Position numbers and translations under genes: made by a program. The notes below the pieces were generated by a model. That model ran no database searches and had not been told where the DNA came from. It was given only the letters and a program-made list of their open reading frames with translations. From contig OX597820.1 of NCBI GenBank assembly GCA_951406725.2, forward strand, positions 4,464,001-4,528,000: 64,000 bases of DNA. Direction: 5' to 3'. Source of the DNA: Octopus vulgaris (taxonomy: Eukaryota). Of this stretch, positions 34,701-49,700 are shown piece by piece (position 1 is the stretch's first letter; each line of letters opens with the position of its first letter).

Positions 34701-37700
34701 ACAGGTCATACGGGATGAGGAGAGGTCAGACGGGATGAGGAGAGGTCAAACGGGAAGAGGAGAGGTCATACGGTATGAGGAGAGGTCATACGTGATGAGG
34801 AGAGGTCAAACGGGATGAGGAGAGGTCATACGGGATGAGGAGAGGTCATACGGGATGAGGAGAGGTCATACGGGATGAGGAGGGGTCATACGGGATGAGG
34901 AGAGGTCACACGGGATGAGGAGAGGTCATACGGGATGAGGAGAGGTCATACGGGATGAGGAGAGTTCATACGGGATGAGGAGAGGTCATACGGGCTGAGG
35001 AGAGGTCATACGGGATGAAGAGAGGTCACACGGGATGAGGAGAGGTCACACGGGATGAGGAGAGGTCATACGGGATGGGGAGAGGTCAAACGGGATGAGG
35101 AGAGGTCATACGGGATGAGGAGAGTTCATACGGGATGAGGAGAGGTCATACGGGATGAGGAGAGGTCATACGGGATGAGGAGAGGTCATACGGGATGAGG
35201 AGAGGTCATACGGGATGATGAGAGGTCATACGCGATGAAGAGAGGTCATACGGGATGAGGAGAGATCATACGGGATGAGGAGAGGTCATACATGATGAGG
35301 AGAGGTCATACGGGATGAGGAGAGGTCATACGGGATGGGGAGAGGTCATAGGAGATGGGGAGAGGTCATACGGGATGAGGAGAGGTCAAACGGCATGAGG
35401 AGAGGTCATACGGGATGAGGAGAGGTCATACGGGATGAGGAGAGGTCATACGGGATGAGGAGAGGTCATACGGGATGAGGAGAGGTCATTCGGGATGAGG
35501 AGAGTCATACGGGATGAGGAGAGGTCATACGGGATGAGGAGAGGTCATACGGGATGAGGAGAGTCATACGGGATGAGGAGAGGTCATACGGGATGAGGAG
35601 AGGTCATACGGGATGAGGAGAGGTCATACGGGATGAGGAGAGGTCAAACGGGATGAGGAGAGGTCATACGGGATGAGGAGAGGTCATACGGGATGAGGAG
35701 AGGTCAAACGGGATGAGGAGAGGTCATACGGGATGAGGAGAGGTCAAACGGGATGAGGAGAGGTCAAACGGGATGAGGAGAGGTCATACGGGATGAGGAG
35801 AGGTCAAACGGGATGAGGAGAGGTCATACGGGATGAGGAGAGGTCATACGGGATGAGGAGAGGTCATACGGGATGAGGAGAGGTCATACGGGTTGAGGAG
35901 AGGTCATACGGGATGAGGAGAGGTCAAACGGGATGAGGAGAGGTCATACGGGATGAGGAGAGGTCATACGGGATGAGGAGAGGTCAAACGGGATGAGGAG
36001 AGTCATACGGGAAGAGGAGAGGTCAAACGGGATGAGGAGAGGTCAAACGGGATGAGCAGAGGTCATACGGGATGAGGAGTGGTCATACGGGATGAGGAGA
36101 GGTCATACGGGATGAGGAGAGGTCAAACGGGATGAGGAGAGGTCATACGGGATGAGGAGAGGTCATACGGGATGAGGAGAGGTCATACGGGATGAGGAGA
36201 GGTCATACGGGATGAGGAGAGGTCATACGGGATGAGAAGAGGTCAAACGGGATGAGGAGAGGTCATACGGGATGAGGAGAGGTCATACGGGATGAGGAGA
36301 GGTCATACGGGATGAGGAGAGGTCAAATGGGATGAGGAGAGGTCATACGGGATGAGGAGAGGTCAAACGGCATGAGGAGAGGTCATACGGGATGAGGAGA
36401 GGTCATACGGGATGAGGAGAGGTCATACGGGAGAGGTGAGAGGTCATACGGGATGAGGAGAGGTCATACGGGATGAGGAGAGGTCATACGGGATGAGGAG
36501 AGGTCATACGGGATGAGGAGAGGTCATACGGGATGAGGAGAGGTCATACGGGATGAGGAGAGGTCATACGGGATGAGGAGAGGTCATACGGGATGAGGAG
36601 AGGTCATACGGGATGAGGAGAGGTCATACGGGATGAGGAGAGGTCATACGGGATGAGGAGAGGTCAAACGGGATGAGGAGAGGTCATACGGGATGAGGAG
36701 AGGTCATACGGGATGAGGAGAGGTCATACGGGATGAGGAGAGGTCAAACGGGATGAGGAGAGGTCATACGGGATGAGGAGAGGTCATACGGGATGAGGAG
36801 AGGTCATACGGCATGAGGAGAGGTCATACGGGATGAGGAGAGGTCATACGGGATGAGGAGAGTCATACGGGATGAGGAGAGGTCATACGGGATGAGGAGA
36901 GGTCATACGGGATGAGGAGAGGTCATACGGGATGAGGAGAGGTCATACGGGATGAGGAGAGGTCATACGGGATGAGGAGAGGTCATACGGGATGAGGAGA
37001 GGTCATACGGGATGAGGAGAGGTCATACGGGATGAGGAGAGGTCATATGGGATGAGGAGAGGTCATACGGGATGAGGAGAGGTCATACGGGATGAGGAGA
37101 GGTCATACGGGATGAGGAGAGAGGTCAAACGGGATGGCGATAGGTCATACGGGATGAGGAGAGGTCATACGGGATGAGGAGAGGTCATACGGGTTGAGAA
37201 GAGGTCATACGGGATGAGGAGAGGTCACACGGGATGAGGAGAGGTCACACGGGATGAGGAGAGGTCACACGGGATGAGGAGAGGTCATACGGGATAAGGA
37301 GAGGTCATACGGGATGAGGAGAGGTCATACGGGAAGAGGAGAGTCACACGGAATGAGGAGAGGTCATACGGGATGAGGAGAGGTCATACGGGATGAGGAG
37401 AGGTCATACGGGATGAGGAGAGGTCATACGGGATGAGGAGAGGTCATACGGGATGAGGAGAGGTCATACGGGATGGGGATAGGTCATACGGGATGGGGAG
37501 AGGTCATAGGGATGAGGAGAGGTTATACGGGATGAGGAGAGGTCATACGGGATGAGGAGAGGTCATACGGGATGAGGAGAGTCATACGGGATGAGGAGAG
37601 GTCATACGGGATGAGGAGAGGTCATACGGGATGAGGAGAGGTCACACGGGATGAGGAGAGGTCATACGGGATGAGGAGAGGTCATACGGGATGAGGAGAG

Positions 37701-40700
37701 GTCATACGGGATGAGGAGAGGTCATACGGGATGAGGAGAGTGATACGGGATGAGGAGAGGTCATACGGGATGAGGAGAGGTCAGACGGGATGAGGAGAGG
37801 TCATACGCAATGAGGAGAGGTCACACGGGATGAGGAGAGGTCATACGGGATGAGGAGAGGTCACACGGGTTGAGGAGAGGTCATACGGGATCAGGAGAGG
37901 TCACACGGGATGGGGAGGTCATACGGGATGAGGAGAGGTCATACGGGAAGAGGAGAGGTCATACGGGATGAGGAGAGGTCACACGGGATGAGGAGAGGTC
38001 ATACGGGATGAGGAGAGGTCACACGGGATGAGGAGACGTCATACGGGATGAGGAGAGGTCATACGGGATGAGGAGAGGTCATACGGGATGAGGAGAGGTC
38101 ATACGGGATGAGGAGAGGTCATACGGGATGAGGAGAGGTCATACGGGATGAGGAGAGGTCATACGGGATGAGGAGAGGTCATACGGGATGGGGATAGGTC
38201 ATACGGGATGGGGAGATGTTATACGGGATGGGGATAGGTCATACGGGATGGGGAGGGTCATAGGGATGAGGAGAGGTCAAACGGGATGAGGAGAGGTCAA
38301 ACGGGATGAGGAGAGGTCATACGGGATGAGGAGAGGTCATACGGGATGAGGAGAGGTCATACGGGATGAGGAGAGGTCATGGGGGATGAGGAGAGGTCAT
38401 GCGGGTTGAGGAGAGGTCATACGGGATGAGGAGAGGTCATACGGTGAGAAGAGGTCACACGGGATGAGGAGAGGTCACACGGGATGAGGAGAAGTCATAC
38501 GGGATGAGGAGAGGTCATACGGGATGAGGAGAGGTCATACGGGATGAGGAGAGGTCATACGGGATGAGGAGAGGTCATACGGGATGAGGAGAGTCATACG
38601 GGATGAGGAGAGGTCATACGGGATGAGGAGAGGTCATACGGGATGAGGAGAGGTCATACGGGATGAGGAGAGGTCATACGGGATGAGGAGAGGTCATAAG
38701 GGATGATGAGAGTCATACGGGATGAGGAGAGGTCATATGGGATGAGGAGAGGTCATACGGGATGAGGAGAGGTCATACGGGATGAGGAGAGGTCATACGG
38801 GATGAGGAGAGGTCATACGGGATGAGGAGAGGTCATACGGGATGAGGAGAGGTCACACGGGATGAGGAGAGGTCAGACGGGATGAGGAGAGGTCATACGG
38901 GATGAGGAGAGGTCATACGGGATGAGGAGAGGTCATACGGGATGAGGAGAGGTCATACGGGATGAGGAGAGGTCATACGGGATGAGGAGAGGTCACACGG
39001 ATGAGGAGAGGTCACACGGATGTGGAGAGGTCACACGGGATGAGGAGAGGTCACACGGGATGAGGAGAGGTCACACGGGATGAGGAGATGTCATACGGGA
39101 TGAGGAGAGGTCACACGGATGAGGAGAGGTCACACGGATGAGGAGAGGTCACACGGGATGAGGAGAGGTCACACAGGATGAGGAGAGGTCACACGGGATG
39201 AGGAGAGGTCATACGGGATGAGGAGAGGTCATACGGGATGAGGAGAGGTCATACGGGATGAGGAGAGGTCATACGGGATGAGGAGAGGTCATACGGGATG
39301 AGGAGAGGTCATACGGGATGAGGAGAGGTCATACGGGATGAGGAGAGGTCATACGGGATGAGGAGAGGTCATACGGGATGAGGAGAGGTCATACGGGATG
39401 AGGAGAGGTCATACGGGATGAGGAGAGGTCATACGGGATGAGGAGAGGTCATACGGGATGAGGAGGTCATACGGGATGAGGAGAGGTCATACGGGATGAG
39501 GAGAGGTCATACGGGATGAGGAGAGGTCATACGGGATGAGGAGAGGTCAAACGAAATGAGGAGAGGTCAAACGGGATGAGGAGAGGTCATACGGGATGAG
39601 GAGAGGTCATGGGGGATGAGGAGAGGTCATGCGGGTTGAGGAGAGGTCATACGGGATGAGGAGAGGTCATACGGGATGAGAAGAGGTCACACGGGATGAG
39701 GAGAGGTCACACGGGATGAGGAGAAGTCATACGGGATGGGGAGAGGTCATACGGGATGAGGAGAGGTCATACGGGATGAGGAGAGGTCATACGGGATGAG
39801 GAGAGGTCATACGGGATGAGGAGAGGTCATACGGGATGAGGAGAGGTCATACGGGATGAGGAGAGGTCATACGGGATGAGGAGAGGTCATACGGGATGAG
39901 GAGAGGTCATACGGGATGAGGAGAGGTCATACGGGATGAGGAGAGGTCATAAGGGATGATGAGAGTCATACGGGATGAGGAGAGGTCATACGGGATGAGG
40001 AGAGGTCATACGGGATGAGGAGAGGTCATACGGGATGAGGAGAGGTCATACGGGATGAGGAGAGGTCATACGGGATGGGGAGAGGTCATACGGGATGAGG
40101 AGAGGTCATACGGGATGAGGAGAGGTCAGACGGGATGAGGAGAGGTCAGACGGGATGAGGAGAGGTCATACGGGATGAGGAGAGGTCATACGGGATGAGG
40201 AGAGGTCATACGGGATGAGGAGAGGTCACACGGGATGAGGAGAGGTCATACGGGATGATGATGGAGAGGTCACACGGATGAGGAGAGGTCACACGGATGA
40301 GGAGAGGTCACACGGGATGAGGAGAGGTCACACGGGATGAGGAGAGGTCACACGGGATGAGGAGAGGTCATACGGGATGAGGAGAGGTCACACGGATGAG
40401 GAGAGGTCACACGGATGAGGAGAGGTCACACGGGATGAGGAGAGGTCACACGGGATGAGGAGAGGTCACACGGGATGAGGAGAGGTCATACGGGATGAGG
40501 AGAGGTCATACGGGATGAGGAGAGGTCATACGGGATGAGGAGAGGTCATACGGGATGAGGAGAGGTCATACGGGATGAGGAGAGGTCATACGGGATGAGG
40601 AGAGGTCACACGGATGAGGAGAGGTCACACGGATGTGGAGAGGTCACACGGGATGAGGAGAGGTCACACGGGATGAGGAGAGGTCACACGGGATGAGGAG

Positions 40701-43700
40701 AGGTCATACGGGATGAGGAGAGGTCACACGGATGAGGAGAGGTCACACGGAAGAGGAGAGGTCACACGGGATGAGGAGAGGTCACACGGGATGAGGAGAG
40801 GTCACACGGGATGAGGAGAGGTCATACGGGATGAGGAGAGGTCATACGGGATGAGGAGAGGTCATACGGGATGAGGAGAGGTCATACGGGATGAGGAGAC
40901 GTCATACGGGATGGGGAGAGGTCATACGGGATGGGGAGAGGTCATACGGGATGAGGAGAGGTTAAACGGGATGAGGAGAGGTAATACGGGATGAGGAGGG
41001 GTCATACGGGATGAGGAGAGGTCATACGGGAAGAGGAGAGTCATACGGGATGAGGAGAGGTCATACGGGATGAGGAGAGGTCATACGGGATGAGGAGAGG
41101 TCATACGGGATGAGGAGAGGTCATACGGGATGAGGAGAGGTCATACGGGATGAGGAGAGGTCATACGGGATGAGGAGAGGTCATACGGGATGAGGAGAGG
41201 TCATACGGGTTGAGGAGAGGTCATACGGGATGAGGAGAGGTCACACGGGATGAGGAGAGGTCACACGGGATGAGGAGAGGTCATACGGGATGAGGAGAGT
41301 CATACGGGATGATGAGAGGTCATACGGGACGAGGAGAGGTCATACGGGATGAGGAGAGGTCATACGGGATGAGGAGAGGTCATACGGGATGAGGAGAGGT
41401 CATACGGGATGAGGAGAGGTCATACGGGATGAGGAGAGGTCATACGGGTTGAGGAGAGGTCATACGGGATGAGGAGAGGTCATACGGGATGAGGAGAGTC
41501 ATACGGGATGATGAGAGGTCATACGGGACGAGGAGAGGTCATACGGGATGAGGGGATGTCATGCGGGATGAGGAGAGGTCATACGGGATGAGGAGAGGTC
41601 ATACGGGATGAGGAGAGGTCATACGGGGTGAGGAGAGGTCATACGGAATGAGGAGAGGTCATACGGGATGAGGAGAGTCATACGGGATGAGGAGAGTCAT
41701 ACGGGATGAGGAGAGGTCATACGGGATGAGGAGAGGTCATACGGGATGAGGAGAGTCATACGGGATGAGGAGAGGTCATACTGGATGAGGAGAGTCATAC
41801 GGGATGAGGAGAGGTCATACGGGATGAGGAGAGGTCATACGGGATGAGGAGAGGTCATACAGGATGAGGAGAGGTCATACGGGATGAGGAGAGGTCATAC
41901 GGGATTAGGAGAGGGCATACGGGATGAGGGGAGGTCATACGGGATGAGGAGAGGTCATACGGGATGAGGAGAGGTCATACGGGATGAGGAGAGTCATACG
42001 GGATGAGGAGAGGTCATACGGGATGAGGAGAGGTCACACGGGATGAGGAGAGGTCACACGGGATGAGGAGAGGTCATAGGGATGAGGAGAGGTCATACGG
42101 GATGAGGAGAGGTCATACGGGATGAGGAGAGGTCAGACGGGATGAGGAGAGGTCATACGGGATGAGGAGAGGTCATACGGGATGAGGAGAGGTCACACGG
42201 GTTGAGGAGAGGTCATACGGGATGAGGAGAGGTCACACGGGATGGGGAGGTCATACGGGATGAGGAGAGGTCATACGGGAAGAGGAGAGGTCATACGGGA
42301 TGAGGAGAGGTCACACGGGTTGAGGAGAGGTCATACGGGATGAGGAGAGGTCACACGGGATGAGGAGACGTCATACGGGATGAGGAGAGGTCACACGGGA
42401 TGAGGAGAGGTCATACGGGATGAGGAGAGGTCATACGGGATGAGGAGAGGTCATACGGGTTGAGGAGAGGTCATACGGGATGAGGAGATGTCACACGGGA
42501 TGAAGAGAGGTCACACGGGATGAGGAGAGGTCACACGGGATGAGGAGAGGTCATACGGGATAAGGAGAGGTTATACGGGATGAGGAGAGGTCATACGGGA
42601 AGAGGAGAGTCACACGGAATGAGGAGAGGTCATACGGGATGAGGAGAGGTCATACGGGATGAGGAGAGGTCATACGGGATGAGGAGAGGTCATACGGGAT
42701 GAGGTGAGGTCATACGGGATGAGGAGAGGTCATACGGAATGAGGAGAGGTCATACGGGATGAGGAGAGGTCATACGGGATTAGGAGAGGTCATACGGGAT
42801 GAGGAGAGGTCATACGGGATGAGGAGAGGTCATACGGGATGAGGAGAGGTCATACGGGAAGAGGAGAGTCACACGGAATGAGGAGAGGTCATACGGGATG
42901 AGGAGAGGTCATACGGGATGAGGAGAGGTCATACGGGATGAGGAGAGGTCATACGGGATGAGGAGAGGTCATACGGGATGAGGAGAGGTCATACGGGATG
43001 GGGAGAGGTCATACGGGATGGGGAGAGGTCATAGGGATGAGGAGAGGTTATACGGGATGAGGAGAGGTCATACGGGATGAGGAGAGGTCATACGGGATGA
43101 GGAGAGTCATACGGGATGAGGAGAGGTCATACGGGATGAGGAGAGGTCACACGGGATGAGGAGAGGTCACACGGGATGAGGAGATCATACGGGATGAGGA
43201 GAGGTCATACGGGATGAGGAGAGGTCATACGGGATGAGGAGAGGTCATACGGGATGAGGAGAGTCATACGGGATGAGGAGAGGTCATACGGGATGAGGAG
43301 AGGTCAGACAGGATGAGGAGAGGTCATACGGGATGAGGAGAGGTCACACGGGATGAGGAGAGGTCATACGGGATGAGGAGAGGTCACACGGGTTGAGGAG
43401 AGGTCATACGGGATGAGGAGAGGTCACACGGGATGGGGAGGTCATCCGGGATGAGGAGAGGTCATACGGGAAGAGGAGAGGTCATACGGGATGAGGAGAG
43501 GTCACACGGGTTGAGGAGAGGTCATACGGGATGAGGAGAGGTCACACGGGATGAGGAGACGTCATACGGGATGAGGATAGGTCATACGGGATGAGGAGAT
43601 GTCATACGGGATGAGGAGAGGTCATACGGGATGAGGAGAGGTCATACGGGATGAGGAGAGGTCATACGGGATGAGGAGAGGTCATACGGGATGAGGAGAG

Positions 43701-46700
43701 GTCATACGGGATGAGGAGAGGTCATACGGGATGAGGAGAGGTCATACGGGATGGGGATAGGTCATACGGGATGGGGAGAGGTCATAGGGATGAGGAGAGG
43801 TTATACGGGATGAGGAGAGGTCAAACGGGATGAGGAGAGGTCATACGGGATGAGGAGAGGTCATACGGGATGAGGAGAGGTCATACGGGATGAGGAGAGG
43901 TCATGGGGGATGAGGAGAGGTCATGCGGGTTGAGGAGAGGTCATACGGGATGAGGAGAGGTCATACGGGATGAGGAGAGGTCATACGGGATGAGGAGAGG
44001 TCACACGGGATGAGGAGAGGTCACACGGGATGAGGAGAGGTCATACGGGATGAGGAGAGGTCATACGGGATGAGGAGAGGTCATACGGGATGAGGAGAGG
44101 TCATACGGGATGAGGAGAGGTCATACGGGATGAGGAGAGGTCATACGGGATGAGGAGAGGTCATACGGGATGAGGAGAGGTCATACGGGATGAGGAGAGG
44201 TCATACGGGATGAGGAGAGGTCATACGGGATGAGGAGAGGTCATAAGGGATGATGAGAGGTCACACGGGATGAGGAGAGGTCATACGGGATGAGGAGAGG
44301 TCATATGGGATGAGGAGAGGTCATACGGGATGAGGAGAGGTCATACGGGATGAGGAGAGGTCATACGGGATGAGGAGAGGTCATACGGGATGAGGAGAGG
44401 TCATACATGATGAGGAGAGGTCATACGGGATGAGGAGAGGTCACACGGGATGAGGAGAGGTCAGACGGGATGAGGAGAGGTCATACGGGATGAGGAGAGG
44501 TCATACGGGATGAGGAGAGGTCATACGGGATGAGGAGAGGTCACACGGGATGAGGAGAGGTCATACGGGATGAGGAGAGGTCACACGGATGAGGAGAGGT
44601 CACACGGATGTGGAGAGGTCAACGGGATGAGGAGAGGTCACACGGGATGAGGAGAGGTCACACGGGATGAGGAGAGGTCATACGGGATGAGGAGAGGTCA
44701 CACGGATGAGGAGAGGTCACACGGATGAGGAGAGGTCACACGGGATGAGGAGAGGTCACACGGGATGAGGAGAGGTCACACGGGATGAGGAGAGGTCATA
44801 CGGGATGAGGAGAGGTCATACGGGATGAGGAGAGGTCATACGGGATGAGGAGATGTCATACGGGAAGAGGAGAGGTCATACGGGATGAGGAGAGGTCATA
44901 CGGGATGAGGAGAGGTCATACGGGATGAGGAGAGATCATACGGTATGAGGAGAGGTCATACGGGATGAGGAGAGATCATACGGGATGAGGAGAGGTCATA
45001 CGGGATGAGGAGAGGTCATACGGGATGAGGAGAGGTCATACGGGATGAGGAGAGTCATACGGGATGAGGAGAGGTCATACGGGATGAGGAGAGGTCATTC
45101 GGAATGAGGAGAGGTCATACGGGATGAGGAGAGGTCAAACGAAATGAGGAGAGGTCAAACGGGATGAGGAGAGGTCATACGGGATGAGGAGAGGTCATAC
45201 GGGATGAGGAGAGGTCATACGGGATGAGGAGAGGTCATGGGGGATGAGGAGAGGTCATGCGGGTTGAGGAGAGGTCATACGGGATGAGGAGAGGTCATAC
45301 GGGATGAGAAGAGGTCACACGGGATGAGGAGAGGTCACACGGGATGAGGAGAAGTCATACGGGATGAGGAGAGGTCATACGGGATGAGGAGAGGTCATAC
45401 GGGATGAGGAGAGGTCATACGGGATGAGGAGAGGTCATACGGGATGAGGAGAGTCATACGGGATGAGGAGAGGTCATACGGGATGAGGAGATTTCATACG
45501 GGATGAGGAGAGGTCATACGGGATGAGGAGAGGTCATACGGGATGAGGAGAGGTCATACGGGATGAGGAGAGGTCATAAGGGATGATGAGAGTCATACGG
45601 GATGAGGAGAGGTCATATGGGATGAGGAGAGGTCATACGGGATGAGGAGAGGTCATACGGGATGAGGAGAGGTCATACGGGATGAGGAGAGGTCATACGG
45701 GATGAGGAGAGGTCATACGGGATGAGGAGAGGTCATACGGGATGCGGAGAGGTCAGACGGGATGAGGAGAGGTCAGACGGGATGAGGAGAGGTCATACGG
45801 GATGAGGAGAGGTCATACGGGATGAGGAGAGGTCATACGGGATGAGGAGAGGTCACACGGGATGAGGAGAGGTCATACGGGATGAGGAGAGGTCACACGG
45901 ATGAGGAGAGGTCACACGGATGTGGAGAGGTCACACGGGATGAGGAGAGGTCACACGGGATGAGGAGAGGTCACACGGGATGAGGAGAGGTCATACGGGA
46001 TGAGGAGAGGTCACACGGATGAGGAGAGGTCACACGGATGAGGAGAGGTCACACGGGATGAGGAGAGGTCACACGGGATGAGGAGAGGTCACACGGGATG
46101 AGGAGAGGTCATACGGGATGAGGAGAGGTCATACGGGATGAGGAGAGGTCATACGGGATGAGGAGAGGTCATACGGGATGAGGAGAGGTCATACGGGATG
46201 AGGAGAGGTCATACGGGATGAGGAGAGGTCATACGGGATGAGGAGAGGTCACACGGATGAGGAGAGGTCACACGGATGTGGAGAGGTCACACGGGATGAG
46301 GAGAGGTCACACGGGATGAGGAGAGGTCACACGGGATGAGGAGAGGTCATACGGGATGAGGAGAGGTCACACGGATGAGGAGAGGTCACACGGATGAGGA
46401 GAGGTCACACGGGATGAGGAGAGGTCACACGGGATGAGGAGAGGTCACACGGGATGAGGAGAGGTCATACGGGATGAGGAGAGGTCATACGGGATGAGGA
46501 GAGGTCATACGGGATGAGGAGAGGTCATACGGGATGAGGAGAGGTCATACGGGATGGGGAGAGGTCATACGGGATGGGGAGAGGTCATACGGGATGGGGA
46601 GAGGTCATACGGGATGAGGAGAGGTCAAACGGGATGAGGAGAGGTCATACGGGATGAGGAGGGGTCATACGGGATGAGGAGAGGTCATACGGGAAGAGGA

Positions 46701-49700
46701 GAGTCATACGGGATGAGGAGAGGTCATACGGGATGAGGAAAGGTCATACGGGATGAGGAGAGGTCATACAGGATGAGGAGAGGTCATACGGGATGAGGAG
46801 AGGTCATACGGGATTAGGAGAGGGCATACGGGATGAGGAGAGGTCATACGGGATGAGGAGAGGTCATACGGGATGAGGAGAGGTCATACGGGATGAGGAG
46901 AGTCATACGGGATGAGGAGAGGTCATACGGGATGAGGAGAGGTCACGGGATGAGGAGAGGTCACACGGGATGAGGAGAGGTCATACGGGTTGAGGAGAGG
47001 TCATACGGGATGAGGAGAGGTCATACGGGATGAGGAGAGGTCATACGGGATGAGGAGAGGTCATACGGGTTGAGGAGAGGTCATACGGGATGAGGAGAGG
47101 TCATACGGGATGAGGAGAGGTCACACGGGATGAGGAGAGGTCATACGGGATGAGGAGAGTCATACGGGATGATGAGAGGTCATACGGGACGAGGAGAGGT
47201 CATACGGGATGAGGGGATGTCATACGGGATGAGGAGAGGTCATACGGGATGAGGAGAGGTCATACGGGATGAGGAGAGGTCATACGGGATGAGGAGAGGT
47301 CATACGGAATGAGGAGAGGTCATACGGGATGAGGAGTCATACGGGATGAGGAGAGTCATACGGGATGAGGAGAGGTCATACGGGATGAGGAGAGGTCATA
47401 CGGGATGAGGAGAGTCATACGGGATGAGGAGAGGTCATACGGGATGAGGAGAGGTCATACAGGATGAGGAGAGGTCATACGGGATGAGGAGAGGTCATAC
47501 GGGATTAGGAGAGTCAAACGGGATGAGGAGAGGTCATACGGGATGAGGAGAGGTCATACGGGATGAGGAGAGGTCATACGGGATGAGGAGAGTCATACGG
47601 GATGAGGAGAGGTCATACGGGATGAGGAGAGGTCATACGGGATGAGGAGAGGTCACACGGGATGAGGAGAGGTCATAGGGATGAGGAGAGGTCATACGGG
47701 ATGAGGAGAGGTCATACGGGATGAAGAGAGGTCAAACGGGATGAGGAGAGTGTATACGGGATGAGGAGAGGTCATACGGGATGAGGAGAGGTCAGACGGG
47801 ATGAGGAGAGGTCATACGGGATGAGGAGAGGTCATACGGGATGAGGAGAGGTCACACGGGTTGAGGAGAGGTCATACGGGATGAGGAGAGGTCACACGGG
47901 ATGGGGAGGTCATACGGGATGAGGAGAGGTCATACGGGAAGAGGAGAGGTCATACGGGATGAGGAGAGGTCACACGGGTTGAGGAGAGGTCAAACGGGAT
48001 GAGGAGAGGTCACACGGGATGAGGAGACGTCATACGGGATGAGGAGAGGTCACACGGGATGAGGAGAGGTCATACGGGATGAGGAGAGGTCATACGGGAT
48101 GAGGAGAGGTCATACGGGATGAGGAAAGGTCATACGGGATGAGGAGAGGTCATACGGGATGAGGAGAGGTCATACGGGATGAGGAGAGGTCCTACGGGAT
48201 GAGGAGAGGTCATACGGGATGAGGAGAGGTCATACGGGATGAGGAGAGGTCATACGGGATGAGGAGAGGTCATACGGGATGAGGAGAGGTCATACGGGAT
48301 GATGGGAGGTACATAGGGGAGAGGGAGAGGTCATACGGGATGAGGAGAGGTCATATGGGATGAGGAGAGGTCATACGGGATGAGGAGAGGTCATACGGGA
48401 TGAGGAGAGGTCATACGGGATGAGGAGAGGTCATACGGGATGGCGATAGGTCATACGGGATGAGGAGAGGTCATACGGGATGAGGAGAGGTCATACGGGA
48501 TGAGGAGAGGTCATACGGGATGAGGAGAGGTCACACGGGATGAGGAGAGGTCATACGGGATGAGGAGAGGTCACACGGGATGAGGAGAGGTCATACGGGA
48601 TAAGGAGAGGTCATACGGGATGAGGAGAGGTCATACGGGATGAGGAGAGGTCACACGGAATGAGGAGAGGTCATACGGGATGAGGAGAGGTCATACGGGA
48701 TGAGGAGAGGTCATACGGGATGAGGAGAGGTCATACGGGATGAGGAGAGGTCATACGGGATGAGGAGAGGTCATACGGGATGGGGATAGGTCATACGGGA
48801 TGGGGAGAGGTCATAGGGATGAGGAGAGGTTATACGGGATGAGGAGAGGTCATACGGGATGAGGAGAGGTCATACGGGATGAGGAGAGGTCATACGGGAT
48901 GAGGAGAGGTCATACGGGATGAGGAGAGGTCACACGGGATGAGGAGAGGTCACACGGGATGAGGAGAGGGCATACGGGATGAGGAGAGGTCATACGGGAT
49001 GAGGAGAGGTCATACGGGATGAGGAGAGGTCATACGGGATGAGGAGAGTGATACGGGATGAGGAGAGGTCATACGGGATGAGGAGAGGTCAGACGGGATG
49101 AGGAGAGGTCATACGCAATGAGGAGAGGTCACACGGGATGAGGAGAGGTCATACGGGATGAGGAGAGGTCACACGGGTTGAGGAGAGGTCATACGGGATG
49201 AGGAGAGGTCACACGGGATGGGGAGGTCATACGGGATGAGGAGAGGTCATACGGGAAGAGGAGAGGTCATACGGGATGAGGAGAGGTCACACGGGTTGAG
49301 GAGAGGTCATACGGGATGAGGAGAGGTCACACGGGATGAGGAGACGTCATACGGGATGAGGAGAGGTCACACGGGATGAGGAGAGGTCATACGGGATGAG
49401 GAGAGGTCATACGGGATGAGGAGAGGTCATACGGGATGAGGAGAGGTCATACGGGATGAGGAGAGGTCATACGGGATGAGGAGAGGTCATACGGGATGAG
49501 GAGAGGTCATACGGGATGAGGAGAGGTCATACGGGATGGGGATAGGTCATACGGGATGGGGAGAGGTCATAGGGATGAGGAGAGGTTATACGGGATGAGG
49601 AGAGGTCAAACGGGATGAGGAGAGGTCATACGGGATGAGGAGAGGTCATACGGGATGAGGAGAGGTCATACGGGATGAGGAGAGGTCATGGGGGATGAGG

